A stretch of 64,000 bases of DNA from an uncultured Gammaproteobacteria bacterium (GTDB lineage: Bacteria > Patescibacteriota > Microgenomatia > Levybacterales > GWA1-39-11): the NCBI GenBank assembly GCA_964472415.1, contig CAYYLC010000001.1, forward strand, positions 239,194 to 303,193. Reading direction: 5' to 3'. The translations under genes and the position numbers were made by a program. This document shows, piece by piece, positions 52,886 through 61,310 of the stretch; the first letter of the stretch is position 1, and each line of letters starts with the position of its first letter. Below the pieces are notes generated by a model. It saw only the letters and a program-made list of their open reading frames with translations. It had not been told where the DNA came from and searched no databases.

Positions 52886-53899
52886 ATGAGTAGAAAATTG
52901 TGGGGCTTTAGTTTTATTTTTATTAGTATATTTTTAGCGCTTTTGCTTTGGATTTTGATTCATGTTCTTGCATTTTTTGGAGTATTTCTCGCTTTTGCGT
53001 ATCCTATTTGGTGGTTATTTTTTCCGCGACAAACAGTCTGTTTTTTCTGCAGGGTGCAGCGTGAAGGATCAAGTTGTCTGTTATGTAAACAGCGAATTAT
53101 TAAGCGTAATGGGGTCGTGCCGCAGACACTGCGTTCTGCTATTCTAAATGGTATTTTTTTGCTCCTTTTTTCACTTCTTTCTCTAGGAATTGTGTACGGG
53201 GAAAGTCAGATTTTATCTCTTTTTGGATTTCCGACAACTTCAAAAACTGCATCGTTTTCTACTCCCTCTCAAGGTCAATATAAAATACATGAAATATTTC
53301 CTATGGAAATAATCATAGAAAATATCGATAATCCTATTAATGCAATCCAGGCAGATATAGGATTTGATCCGGAAAAAGTTACAATTGTAGATATCACAAC
53401 TGATGAGTCATTTGCAAAAGTTTTTCTTCAGAAGGAAATCAATAATTCCGCCGGTTGGGCGCGACTCACTGGAGGACTTCCGAATCCAGGATGGAGCGGT
53501 GACAAAGGGATTTTTGGAGTCGTGTACTTTAGGGCAAAGAATGCAGGACTCGTGAGTATAGATTTTCTTTCTTCGTCAATGATACTTGCAAATGATAATC
53601 ATGGAACAGATGTCTTGAAGAGTTTACCGAGTGCAAATTATGTTATTCTTCCGGAAGAATTATCCCCAGATGAAATCCAGGAACAAATGAAATTCTTTGT
53701 TGATCAAGATACTTTCGGAATTAGTACAAGAGATGCACAGTTAAAATTTTATGAAGAGCAAGAAATGTTAGATCCGCAGGAATTTTCACGAGAAAAAAGT
53801 ACCAAAGATTCCATTTTCCCCCATTATCCTTTACAGGTTTTGGCAAAAGTTGATAATTTTATTATCGATTTTTGGAAGAATATTTTTAGAAATGGGTAG
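52886..53899 (+). CDS. Multi-pass membrane protein with a cohesin-like domain
   Basis: About 3 TMs with a CFFC...CLLC loop, then INAIQADIGFDP, GGLPNPG, VYFRAK, LANDNHGTDV. Confidence 0.65.
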   Translation: MSRKLWGFSFIFISIFLALLLWILIHVLAFFGVFLAFAYPIWWLFFPRQTVCFFCRVQREGSSCLLCKQRIIKRNGVVPQTLRSAILNGIFLLLFSLLSLGIVYGESQILSLFGFPTTSKTASFSTPSQGQYKIHEIFPMEIIIENIDNPINAIQADIGFDPEKVTIVDITTDESFAKVFLQKEINNSAGWARLTGGLPNPGWSGDKGIFGVVYFRAKNAGLVSIDFLSSSMILANDNHGTDVLKSLPSANYVILPEELSPDEIQEQMKFFVDQDTFGISTRDAQLKFYEEQEMLDPQEFSREKSTKDSIFPHYPLQVLAKVDNFIIDFWKNIFRNG

Positions 53900-53903
53900 G
53901 TGT

Positions 53904-54968
53904 TTAAAGAGTTGCTTCTATTCCTCTAAATGAAATAGATGATTTTGATAAATGCCATGCTTCGTTTTTTCTTTTTCCGCTTGTATTTTTAAAGAATATA
54001 TTTTTCATTATTCTTTCTGCTGCGTAATTATCATGGGGGAATGTATCTCTATAGTGCACATCAGAATCCGGCGCACTATTTATCTCATTAATAGCGCTTC
54101 GGATGAGCGTGTGTGGTGTTGTAATATTCGGTGTTATGTAGTCTATTCCTGCGAATCTGAGGCTAAGTGTTTTTGCAGCATTGATAAATAATTCACGATT
54201 TTCTTGCGGAATATTTTCTTTATCTATTCTCACTCGCTCTCCCCCAATATCCAAGTCGCACCCGAGCTGGAGAAGGATATATGTTCCCTTTGGGTATATT
54301 TTCTGTAGGTCAATATTTTCCTCTTTTAGATAATGAAGATCTTTTTTTCTTAAAAAGATTGGGGGTAGTTGCATCTTTTCTCGTTGGGCATTTTTTTGTT
54401 GGATAAGCTCTGTTACGGTTTGTTTTCCATCTCCTGTAACGTTTGCTGCTATGCGTTGTGTAATAGCGATTATCTCATCATCGAGTATAGTTATTCTGAA
54501 ATGCTTTCCGGGTATATATTCTTCTATCATAATACTTGAATTTCCTTCGAATGCTTCTTTTACCGCATTTCTAATTTGGGCAGGAGTGGAGGGTTTCACT
54601 GTTATTCCGATAGAAAGTGAGCCGCTTATTGGTTTAACCACGAGTGCTTTTTTCTTTTTGAGTTGGTTTATGGCGTATGTATTTGCAGCTATTTCTTCAG
54701 TGAAAGTTTTAAATTTTGGGGTAGGAATATTTTGACTTTTTAAAAGTATTGAGGTTTTTACTTTATTTACTGAAAGATTTGAGCTAAGTTGTGAATTGAC
54801 CCCAAGTACATTCGAGCTTATATCGAGAACTGTTTTATCACTATAGATGCGAACTAAACCAATTTCTTCATTGAGAATTGAATATTCTAGGCCTAATTTT
54901 ATTGCAGCATTTAGGTATAGGTTTGCATATCTATTTTCTATTATTTTCTTCATATAGTTTTTTGGCAC
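53904..54968 (-). CDS. Stand-alone ATP-grasp ligase (cyanophycin synthetase/GshAB-like)
   Basis: VVKP, IEEYIPG..FR, ANVTGDG..TVTELI, GIDYI, INEINSAP; no Mur-ligase domain. Confidence 0.75.
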   Translation of the reverse strand: MPKNYMKKIIENRYANLYLNAAIKLGLEYSILNEEIGLVRIYSDKTVLDISSNVLGVNSQLSSNLSVNKVKTSILLKSQNIPTPKFKTFTEEIAANTYAINQLKKKKALVVKPISGSLSIGITVKPSTPAQIRNAVKEAFEGNSSIMIEEYIPGKHFRITILDDEIIAITQRIAANVTGDGKQTVTELIQQKNAQREKMQLPPIFLRKKDLHYLKEENIDLQKIYPKGTYILLQLGCDLDIGGERVRIDKENIPQENRELFINAAKTLSLRFAGIDYITPNITTPHTLIRSAINEINSAPDSDVHYRDTFPHDNYAAERIMKNIFFKNTSGKRKNEAWHLSKSSISFRGIEATL

Positions 54969-55144
54969 TGAAAATTTTCATTCCAGGAGTGCGACTTTTT
55001 AAATTAGTAAGTGTAGAAAAAAGACCGAATTCTATGTGGAAAAGAATAGGATACTAAATAACACTGGATACAGTATAGCAGCTTATAGGATAAATAGCCA
55101 ATAATATTGGATACCTCCGAGTTGTCGGTGAGTGAGTTGCTCAG

Positions 55145-55172
55145 GATTATTTTGCGCAGATTATTTTGCGCA
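55145..55172. repeat. Perfect 14-bp tandem duplication GATTATTTTGCGCA x2
   Basis: Copies at 55145-55158 and 55159-55172. Confidence 0.9.
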
Positions 55173-55187
55173 CTTTCTCGATTTGTG

Positions 55188-55213
55188 AAGCTTATTTTGA
55201 CATAAGCTTTTTT
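55188..55213 (+). terminator. Terminator-like hairpin
   Basis: AAGCTTAT-TTTGAC-ATAAGCTT followed by a T run on the + strand. Confidence 0.4.
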
Positions 55214-55222
55214 CTTGAAGGC

Positions 55223-55924
55223 TTAAACTTCTAAGCTACTAGCTAATTTATCCCACTGCTGCTTTCGAAGTACTAATTTAGAATTATTATCAATAATTTC
55301 CTTTGCTTTTTGTAGGAATTCTTTTGCTTTTGGCACATCAATTTCCCGAAGAGCTTTTGCAAGCCTCATATATCCGCCTGAACCCCAAACATCTTTGTTG
55401 TATTTATTAGGTTCTTCAGAAGTCTCGAGTTCATGAAGTGCTTGGGTTGCTCGCTCAAATGCTGATTTATCTCCTGCACCTAGTTCACAGGTAGCCAAAT
55501 GTAACTTCATATTCGCTAATACCGAAGGTCGATTATGATTATCTGGTGGATTATTTACCATATTATCAACAGCCTCCCTATATGTTGCAACTGCATCTGT
55601 TAATTCGCCTAAATCTTCATGAACCTGAGCCAAATTATAGAGGGGCATAGCAAGAGCCTGTGCATTCCCACTTACCCTGGCTATTTCTACCGATGCCATC
55701 ATTTCATGCTTTGCAAGAGCAAGAATTCTTTTACTGTCATGCTGATTAGCATATACTCGTAATGTTATCGAACGACAGGCAATTCCTTCCGCAAAGCCGA
55801 GAGAGTCGTTATCTAGATCATATGCAAATAGTGCGCGGTCATTAAAATCTAATGATTCAGAAAATTGTCCTGCTTCTCGAGCCTGTGCTGCTTGAGCGTG
55901 TAATCTCCTGCCTTCACTTTCCAT
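55223..55924 (-). CDS. TPR-like all-helical hypothetical protein
   Basis: Ala/Leu-rich helical repeats such as LYNLAQVHEDLGELTDAVATYREAV; TATAAT 6 nt before ATG. Confidence 0.65.
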   Translation of the reverse strand: MESEGRRLHAQAAQAREAGQFSESLDFNDRALFAYDLDNDSLGFAEGIACRSITLRVYANQHDSKRILALAKHEMMASVEIARVSGNAQALAMPLYNLAQVHEDLGELTDAVATYREAVDNMVNNPPDNHNRPSVLANMKLHLATCELGAGDKSAFERATQALHELETSEEPNKYNKDVWGSGGYMRLAKALREIDVPKAKEFLQKAKEIIDNNSKLVLRKQQWDKLASSLEV

Positions 55925-56004
55925 AAGTGGATTATATCATGGAGAGGATGTAGTGAGAGAAATAGCGCTAGGGGTTAAGTAGTTAAATCTTAATTAATCG
56001 AGTG

Positions 56005-56077
56005 TGAGCCGACTGGGACTCGAACCCAGAACCAAAAGCTTAAAAGGCTTTTGCTCTGCCAATTGAGCTATCGGCCC
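56005..56077 (-). tRNA. tRNA-Lys (TTT)
   Basis: Reverse complement gives acceptor GGGCCGA/TCGGCTC, anticodon arm AAAGC-CTTTTAA-GCTTT and a TTCGA T-loop; CCA not encoded. Confidence 0.96.
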
Positions 56078-56283
56078 GATATCGAATCAGAGATATTTCC
56101 TTTGCAAGAAGTTTGATCTATTCTGATTCTCTTTATTTTATCCTATAAGTAGAATGAAAATAAAGCACTGGACTGTAATTTTATCAAAGTTGGGCGTGTT
56201 ACGCAATGAATGTATTTGACAAAGCACAAATATTTTTTAATACTGATAGAAGTGAAACAGAAGAGAGGGGGTGATAAATACAC

Positions 56284-56943
56284 ATGGAAGAAATCAGTAA
56301 TACGCTTGTCAGTACGATAAACAGCAGTATGGAGGGTGTTATTGCATATGCGCCGCGATTTATTCTTGGTTTAATTTTTCTTATAATTGGGATAATCGTT
56401 GCTGCATTTGTACGGCAAGTTCTCAAAGAACTATTTCGGTTTTTCAAACTTGATGCGTATTTGACAAAATACGGAGTTCCAGAATCAAAAGATGGTTCGA
56501 AGTGGAGTGCAATTGTTGCAGAAATCGCACGTTGGTTTGTAATTATTGCGTTTCTTGTTCCGACAGCAGATTTGTGGGGATTGGAGCGGTTCGCATCGCT
56601 TCTGAACAATCTCTTGACTTATCTCCCAAACGTGTTTATTGCAGTATTGTTGCTTCTTGTAGGATTTGTGGTGGCACGATTGGTGTACGACTTAGTCCTT
56701 GCATCAGTTCGAGGAGTTTCTAAAGATTCTGCAAAAACTGTTGCGCTCGTTGCACGCTATGCAGTTCTCGTATTTGTGGCACTTGTTGTGCTTAATCAAC
56801 TCGGAATAGCGAGTGACTTAATACGCATATTGTTTGCAGGAATTGTTGCGATGCTTGCTATCGCTGGGGGCCTTGCATTTGGACTTGGTGGAAAAGACGC
56901 GGCACGAGATACGATAGAGCGACTCAGACGAAAAATGAAATAA
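56284..56943 (+). CDS. CmpX/TM_helix-repeat membrane protein (MscS-related)
   Basis: Duplicated (Y/L)xP..I....I.IIG helices and C-terminal GLAFGLGGKD; SD-like AGGGGGTGA upstream. Confidence 0.8.
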   Translation: MEEISNTLVSTINSSMEGVIAYAPRFILGLIFLIIGIIVAAFVRQVLKELFRFFKLDAYLTKYGVPESKDGSKWSAIVAEIARWFVIIAFLVPTADLWGLERFASLLNNLLTYLPNVFIAVLLLLVGFVVARLVYDLVLASVRGVSKDSAKTVALVARYAVLVFVALVVLNQLGIASDLIRILFAGIVAMLAIAGGLAFGLGGKDAARDTIERLRRKMK

Positions 56944-56949
56944 TTTTTC

Positions 56950-56993
56950 CAAGGAACACACTGAAGTCGTTTTTCGGTGTGTTTCCTTGTTTG
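56950..56993 (+). terminator. Intrinsic terminator-like hairpin
   Basis: CAAGGAACACACTGAA / TTCGGTGTGTTTCCTTG inverted repeat just after the stop codon, followed by TTTG. Confidence 0.6.
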
Positions 56994-57034
56994 TAAGTCA
57001 AAGTTTTTATATAATTGGCAATGTGTCACTGTAC

Positions 57035-57107
57035 GGCCCCATCGTCTAGTGGCCTAGGACACCGGGCTTTCATCCCGGCAACACGGGTTCGACTCCCGTT
57101 GGGGTCA
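57035..57107 (+). tRNA. tRNA-Glu (TTC); probable island attachment site
   Basis: Acceptor GGCCCCA/TGGGGTC, anticodon arm CCGGG-CTTTCAT-CCCGG, T-arm ACGGG-TTCGACT-CCCGT; CCA not encoded. Confidence 0.96.
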
Positions 57108-58587
57108 CATTTCGAGATAAGGAATCTTCAAACTCCCTGTTTAGCTTGAATGGAAGGGCTAAGTCGTGGTTCGAAACCTTCTCAAATTGATACTTTACCC
57201 CTCTAGGAAAAATCATTGTTTGTAATTTGATTTTGAAGAGAGGTGGAGCGTCAAACCATATCAAATTAACGGTTTGAATGAAGTTCTGAGCATATGCAAG
57301 ACAAACTTTAATTTCACCCTCATCAGTCTTTGTCTCATGTAAGCCTAACTCTGCAATAGCAATCTGATCTCTTATTTGAGAAAGCTCTTCATTTGATTCT
57401 TCGTCTGTTAAGATCTGTTTCTTGCTCATTTGTATTATTCGAGCCTTTTCAGCTTGTAATCTCTGTATTTCACTCTTGAGTCTAATAGTATCTCCTTCCA
57501 ACTCCTGAATTCTGTTACGATACACTCGAATAAACATTTCCTTAAATAATTCTATCGTGTCTTCGTTTGGCTTTACATGCCCAAGCAGGTTATAAAAATC
57601 CTCGTGTAAATCATTTCGCTTATATGTTTTACCTCTTAACTCGCATCCTTTTCTAACACAGTAATACTTTGGATATTTTTTAGTTCTCCCTTTACACCAT
57701 GCAGCAGTCATAGGTACCCCACATTCTTTGCATTGGATAAATCTTCTCATTGGAAAATCTTCATTTTCTGTATTTCTTTTCATTTTACCTATATTTGATT
57801 TTCGAAGTATGACTTCATGACACTTATAGAATGTGTGTTCATCAGTGAGAGGCGTGTGTATTCCTTTTGTCTCAACTCCGTACTTACTAATTACTCCCAT
57901 ATAAAACTTATCACGGAGTATTTTGTGGATTAGCTGAGGATGAATTTTCATTCCTTTCTTACTCTTAATTCCTCTTCTATTAAGTTCATCTGCTAAATTC
58001 TTATAAGTATAATGTCCAGTAGAGAACTTCTTAAACAACTCGGTTACTATTGGTCCTTTAATAGGATCTAGAGCCATGATTGCATGATCTGTTTCATCTT
58101 TTTTATTGATGTACCCGAACTTAGCTCCCCAAACCCATCTTCCTTTAAGTACCCATCCTTGCATAGCTTCTGTAACACGTGTAGATTTAATATCATTATC
58201 TAACTGTGCTACAGCTGCAAATAGTCCTTCTATTACTTTCCCCATACCAGTGTCGTCAATTGGTTCGGTAGCAGACCTAAGACTAATGTCATATTCAAGT
58301 AGTCTTGCTTTAATTGCGAAGTGATCCATTTGGTTCCTAGCTAATCGGTCAATTTTATAAACTAAACACACATTCACTTTGCCTTTATTGATTCGACAGT
58401 ACTCAATAAGTTCTTTTAGTTGAGTTCTTTTTGTGGTTTTGGCGGATTCACCTTCTTCTTTGAAGATCTTTACGATTTTCCACCCATTCTCTTGAGCATA
58501 TTTTTTACATGAGGCAATTTGTGCATCAAAGCTGATATTGCCTATCTGACTAGGATCTGATACTCGGATATAAAGAATAACATTCAT
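57070..58587 (-). CDS. Large serine recombinase (integrase)
   Basis: YIRVS (catalytic Ser), VYKIDRLAR, recombinase domain, CKECG...YYC zinc ribbon and coiled coil. Confidence 0.93.
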   Translation of the reverse strand: MNVILYIRVSDPSQIGNISFDAQIASCKKYAQENGWKIVKIFKEEGESAKTTKRTQLKELIEYCRINKGKVNVCLVYKIDRLARNQMDHFAIKARLLEYDISLRSATEPIDDTGMGKVIEGLFAAVAQLDNDIKSTRVTEAMQGWVLKGRWVWGAKFGYINKKDETDHAIMALDPIKGPIVTELFKKFSTGHYTYKNLADELNRRGIKSKKGMKIHPQLIHKILRDKFYMGVISKYGVETKGIHTPLTDEHTFYKCHEVILRKSNIGKMKRNTENEDFPMRRFIQCKECGVPMTAAWCKGRTKKYPKYYCVRKGCELRGKTYKRNDLHEDFYNLLGHVKPNEDTIELFKEMFIRVYRNRIQELEGDTIRLKSEIQRLQAEKARIIQMSKKQILTDEESNEELSQIRDQIAIAELGLHETKTDEGEIKVCLAYAQNFIQTVNLIWFDAPPLFKIKLQTMIFPRGVKYQFEKVSNHDLALPFKLNREFEDSLSRNVTPTGVEPVLPG

Positions 58588-58633
58588 ATTATTTCAATTT
58601 TATTAATCTATATTTAGTATAGCTTTTTTGAGC

Positions 58634-59353
58634 CTATTTTTGTGAATTTTTCTTTAAGAAATCAATGATTTTTGTATTAAAAATTGCTCCTGGAACTCTC
58701 ACTGTCTTATCTTGTTCTATCTCACTGGCAAATTGAAATAATATGTGAGCTGGAACACCTTTTTTAATTGCTGCTAAGTATGTTGTCTGAAGTGATTTAT
58801 GATTATTAGGTTCTAGTCTTTTGAATACCTCAAAGGCTGCAAATGTATCATTATCTGTTGGTTCAAAAGTATTAGGATCTAGTTCTTTATGCTCTTTTTT
58901 GCGAGATGATATTTCTAGTTCGCTTTCATTATTCTGTATTTTATTTGATTTAATTAAATTAGATTGGGGTGACCACTGGTTGTCTTTTGGCGGTACATTG
59001 GCTGTACTTTGTCTGTCCTCGTATGCTGGAATTTGTGATTTGCGAAATCTATTCTTTCTAATTTGCTGATGATCAAGCCATGAAGGAAACTCTATATACC
59101 ATTCACCATTTCTTTCCCATCTAATTATCAGTTTTTGAGTTGTTATTTCATCAAGGAACTTTTCAATATCAGAGTGTTTATATTCAGTCATGGGAAAAAC
59201 TTTCCCTTTTATATAATCAAATTCTCCTCTAATCCTTCCTTCATCATCCGCATGTGCAATCATCCAAGTGAATAAAAGTCTAGCTTCAAGTGATAGTCGA
59301 TTTACCTGAAGTGAGGTTGATATTTTCCAATGCAACATTCTTGCTTTTGCCAT
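58634..59353 (-). CDS. Phage/plasmid replication-initiator-like protein
   Basis: ARLLFTWMIAHADDEGR...W..HQ N-terminal domain, polar linker and small C-terminal domain; resembles phage replication organisers. Confidence 0.6.
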   Translation of the reverse strand: MAKARMLHWKISTSLQVNRLSLEARLLFTWMIAHADDEGRIRGEFDYIKGKVFPMTEYKHSDIEKFLDEITTQKLIIRWERNGEWYIEFPSWLDHQQIRKNRFRKSQIPAYEDRQSTANVPPKDNQWSPQSNLIKSNKIQNNESELEISSRKKEHKELDPNTFEPTDNDTFAAFEVFKRLEPNNHKSLQTTYLAAIKKGVPAHILFQFASEIEQDKTVRVPGAIFNTKIIDFLKKNSQK

Positions 59354-59355
59354 TT

Positions 59356-59502
59356 CTATTTATTTTTAATTTCTATATATCTATCAATAATTAAGTTAGA
59401 CAATACATATAAGTGATCTATAATCTCCTGAATTTGTTTATCTGTATATTTGAGATTACTGTCTCCTATTATTTTTCGTGCTTCTTTAATTGTTATTAAC
59501 AT
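59356..59502 (-). CDS. Small hypothetical protein (48 aa, below the ORF-track cutoff)
   Basis: MLITIKEARKIIGDSNLKYTDKQIQEIIDHLYVLSNLIIDRYIEIKNK; fills the gap between co-oriented genes with 2-nt spacers on each side. Confidence 0.7.
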   Translation of the reverse strand: MLITIKEARKIIGDSNLKYTDKQIQEIIDHLYVLSNLIIDRYIEIKNK

Positions 59503-59504
59503 AG

Positions 59505-59747
59505 TTAGCTAAAAATCAAATCCTTTAATTCTGATAACTTTGTGTTAAGCTCTTTGGGATTTACTACTGCACGATCTAGCCAGTATTCATTAACTAGAGA
59601 TTCACATAATTTTGAATCTTCAAATAGAAAGATTGCTTCTTTGGGGTTAGTTTTATTGATTCCAGCAAACTGAACCTTCCTAGTAGTTTGTAGATATGCT
59701 GCGAGGATTAGGGATTTAGTTTTGTAATATCTATCTGCTGTATTCAT
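59505..59747 (-). CDS. Small hypothetical protein (DUF5659-like, tentative)
   Basis: YKTKSLILAAYL...FLF...YW..VNP..L..LK pattern recalled from mobile-element proteins. Confidence 0.55.
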   Translation of the reverse strand: MNTADRYYKTKSLILAAYLQTTRKVQFAGINKTNPKEAIFLFEDSKLCESLVNEYWLDRAVVNPKELNTKLSELKDLIFS

Positions 59748-59821
59748 ATTCTGTGCTCAATTTGATATGAGTACAGTTTATTTGAAGTAGATAATTATTA
59801 GTATGGTGGTTTATGTTGCTA

Positions 59822-60700
59822 TTAAACCTCAGGTGAAAAACGTTTTAGTAGCTTTTTATATTCTGACACTGCGTGATAGATGTAATTATCATCATCTATA
59901 TAGCAGTTATCGCATCTTTGAGTTCCATTGTGGTGAGTCAAGTATTCATGTAAATCTGGACGTTCATTCCATTTTTTTATAATTTTTTTATAGTTACCTT
60001 TTGTCTGTACACTCCAATACCACTCTCTGTCACGCTTAATGTTTCTGTGAGTATCTTTCTTTAGCTTGCTATAAATAGAAAGTTCACCTAAATGATTTTC
60101 ATTTTGCATGTTTAGCAAATCACTTACTGCTGCATAAATATCTTTTTTAGTAGTAAATGGCATAACTTCAATTCCAGTAATAACTTCTCGCTCTGTCAAG
60201 ATATCAGTAGGCTGAGAGGGTAGATATGGTATCTCTTCTGAAAATGCTCTTGCGGTTTTAAGCGATGATACTTTGTGTTCTAAGATCACGTTTAGAATTA
60301 CATATTCAAAAATTCTAGGATAGTGAAATTTCAACCTAAGTATTCTTAATTCCTCAAAAAAATTTTTCTCTATTTCATCTACTTTTGACTGAATTTTTTC
60401 AAACACTTCATATTCAGTGTTACTTTTTCTATTGCGAATGAAAGTGTTTGGATCAACCCCATTTAATGGATCGGACTCATCTTCAAGTCTGTAATACTCT
60501 TTCGGATTGTAACCCGCAAGTTTTATGAAATGATCAAATAAACTATCACGTACTCCTTCTACTTTTAATTCAAGAGGAGGAATTATTTTGTACTTATCTC
60601 TTATTCGTTTAACTGACTCTAGAAATAGTGGTTGATCTACCAAAAAAGCAACAAGAGCATAATTACGGCTATTCTCAATATCTATCTGGACTTGTTTCAT
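59822..60700 (-). CDS. Hypothetical protein, possibly with a C-terminal DNA-binding region
   Basis: 292-aa open frame in the island gene run; basic C-terminus (KRDREWYW, CDNC). Confidence 0.6.
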   Translation of the reverse strand: MKQVQIDIENSRNYALVAFLVDQPLFLESVKRIRDKYKIIPPLELKVEGVRDSLFDHFIKLAGYNPKEYYRLEDESDPLNGVDPNTFIRNRKSNTEYEVFEKIQSKVDEIEKNFFEELRILRLKFHYPRIFEYVILNVILEHKVSSLKTARAFSEEIPYLPSQPTDILTEREVITGIEVMPFTTKKDIYAAVSDLLNMQNENHLGELSIYSKLKKDTHRNIKRDREWYWSVQTKGNYKKIIKKWNERPDLHEYLTHHNGTQRCDNCYIDDDNYIYHAVSEYKKLLKRFSPEV

Positions 60701-60724
60701 GACTATATCAATATCTAGCTTGAA

Positions 60725-61090
60725 TTATATAAAATTCTTTACTGGAACAGATATTTTTGCGAATCTTCGTTGTGTTATTCCTGTTTCTCCTGACCTGATT
60801 CTTTGATTGACTTTCCTTCGTAGTTCTCTATATGTATCTTCATTGGCTGCTTGAATTGTGCTTTTATGCTTCTGTAGTGCAGTATGTAATCTTTTTGCAT
60901 CTGCCTTTGAGAGATATCTTTTCTTTTGAATCCATGCTCTGTGTGAGAGTTTCCAGTATCGATAGTAAAAGTAGGGACCGTGCAGGTCACCTTTCAGACA
61001 CTTACAGCCTCTCTTACCACATTTGACCATTTGTGAATGGATATTGCCAGGTGTCTTGATCACTGAATCAAGTATTTTTATGTCCTTCAT
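60725..61090 (-). CDS. Basic Cys/His protein (DUF6788-like, tentative)
   Basis: CGKRGCKC...HGPYFY motif; TAGAAT 6 nt upstream of ATG. Confidence 0.65.
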   Translation of the reverse strand: MKDIKILDSVIKTPGNIHSQMVKCGKRGCKCLKGDLHGPYFYYRYWKLSHRAWIQKKRYLSKADAKRLHTALQKHKSTIQAANEDTYRELRRKVNQRIRSGETGITQRRFAKISVPVKNFI

Positions 61091-61310
61091 ACTATGATTC
61101 TATCAAATCTTAGGACACAAAAAAGGCATTTTAGGGCTCTCCATGCAAGGTCAAATTAAATGGTCAAAGTATAGCTTCAAAAACTGAAATGTACTAAAAC
61201 TTTGGTCCTTGTAATACCAATACACCAACACAAAATAACAGGAAATACATGGGTTAATATGCAAGATTTTGTAATTTACCTTGTAATTAGCAAGGGTAAT
61301 CAATACATGA

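Noticed and set aside
56005-57107. tRNA-Lys and tRNA-Glu lacking encoded CCA, considered as pseudo-tRNAs
   Set aside because: The cloverleaves are intact, and post-transcriptional CCA addition is common.
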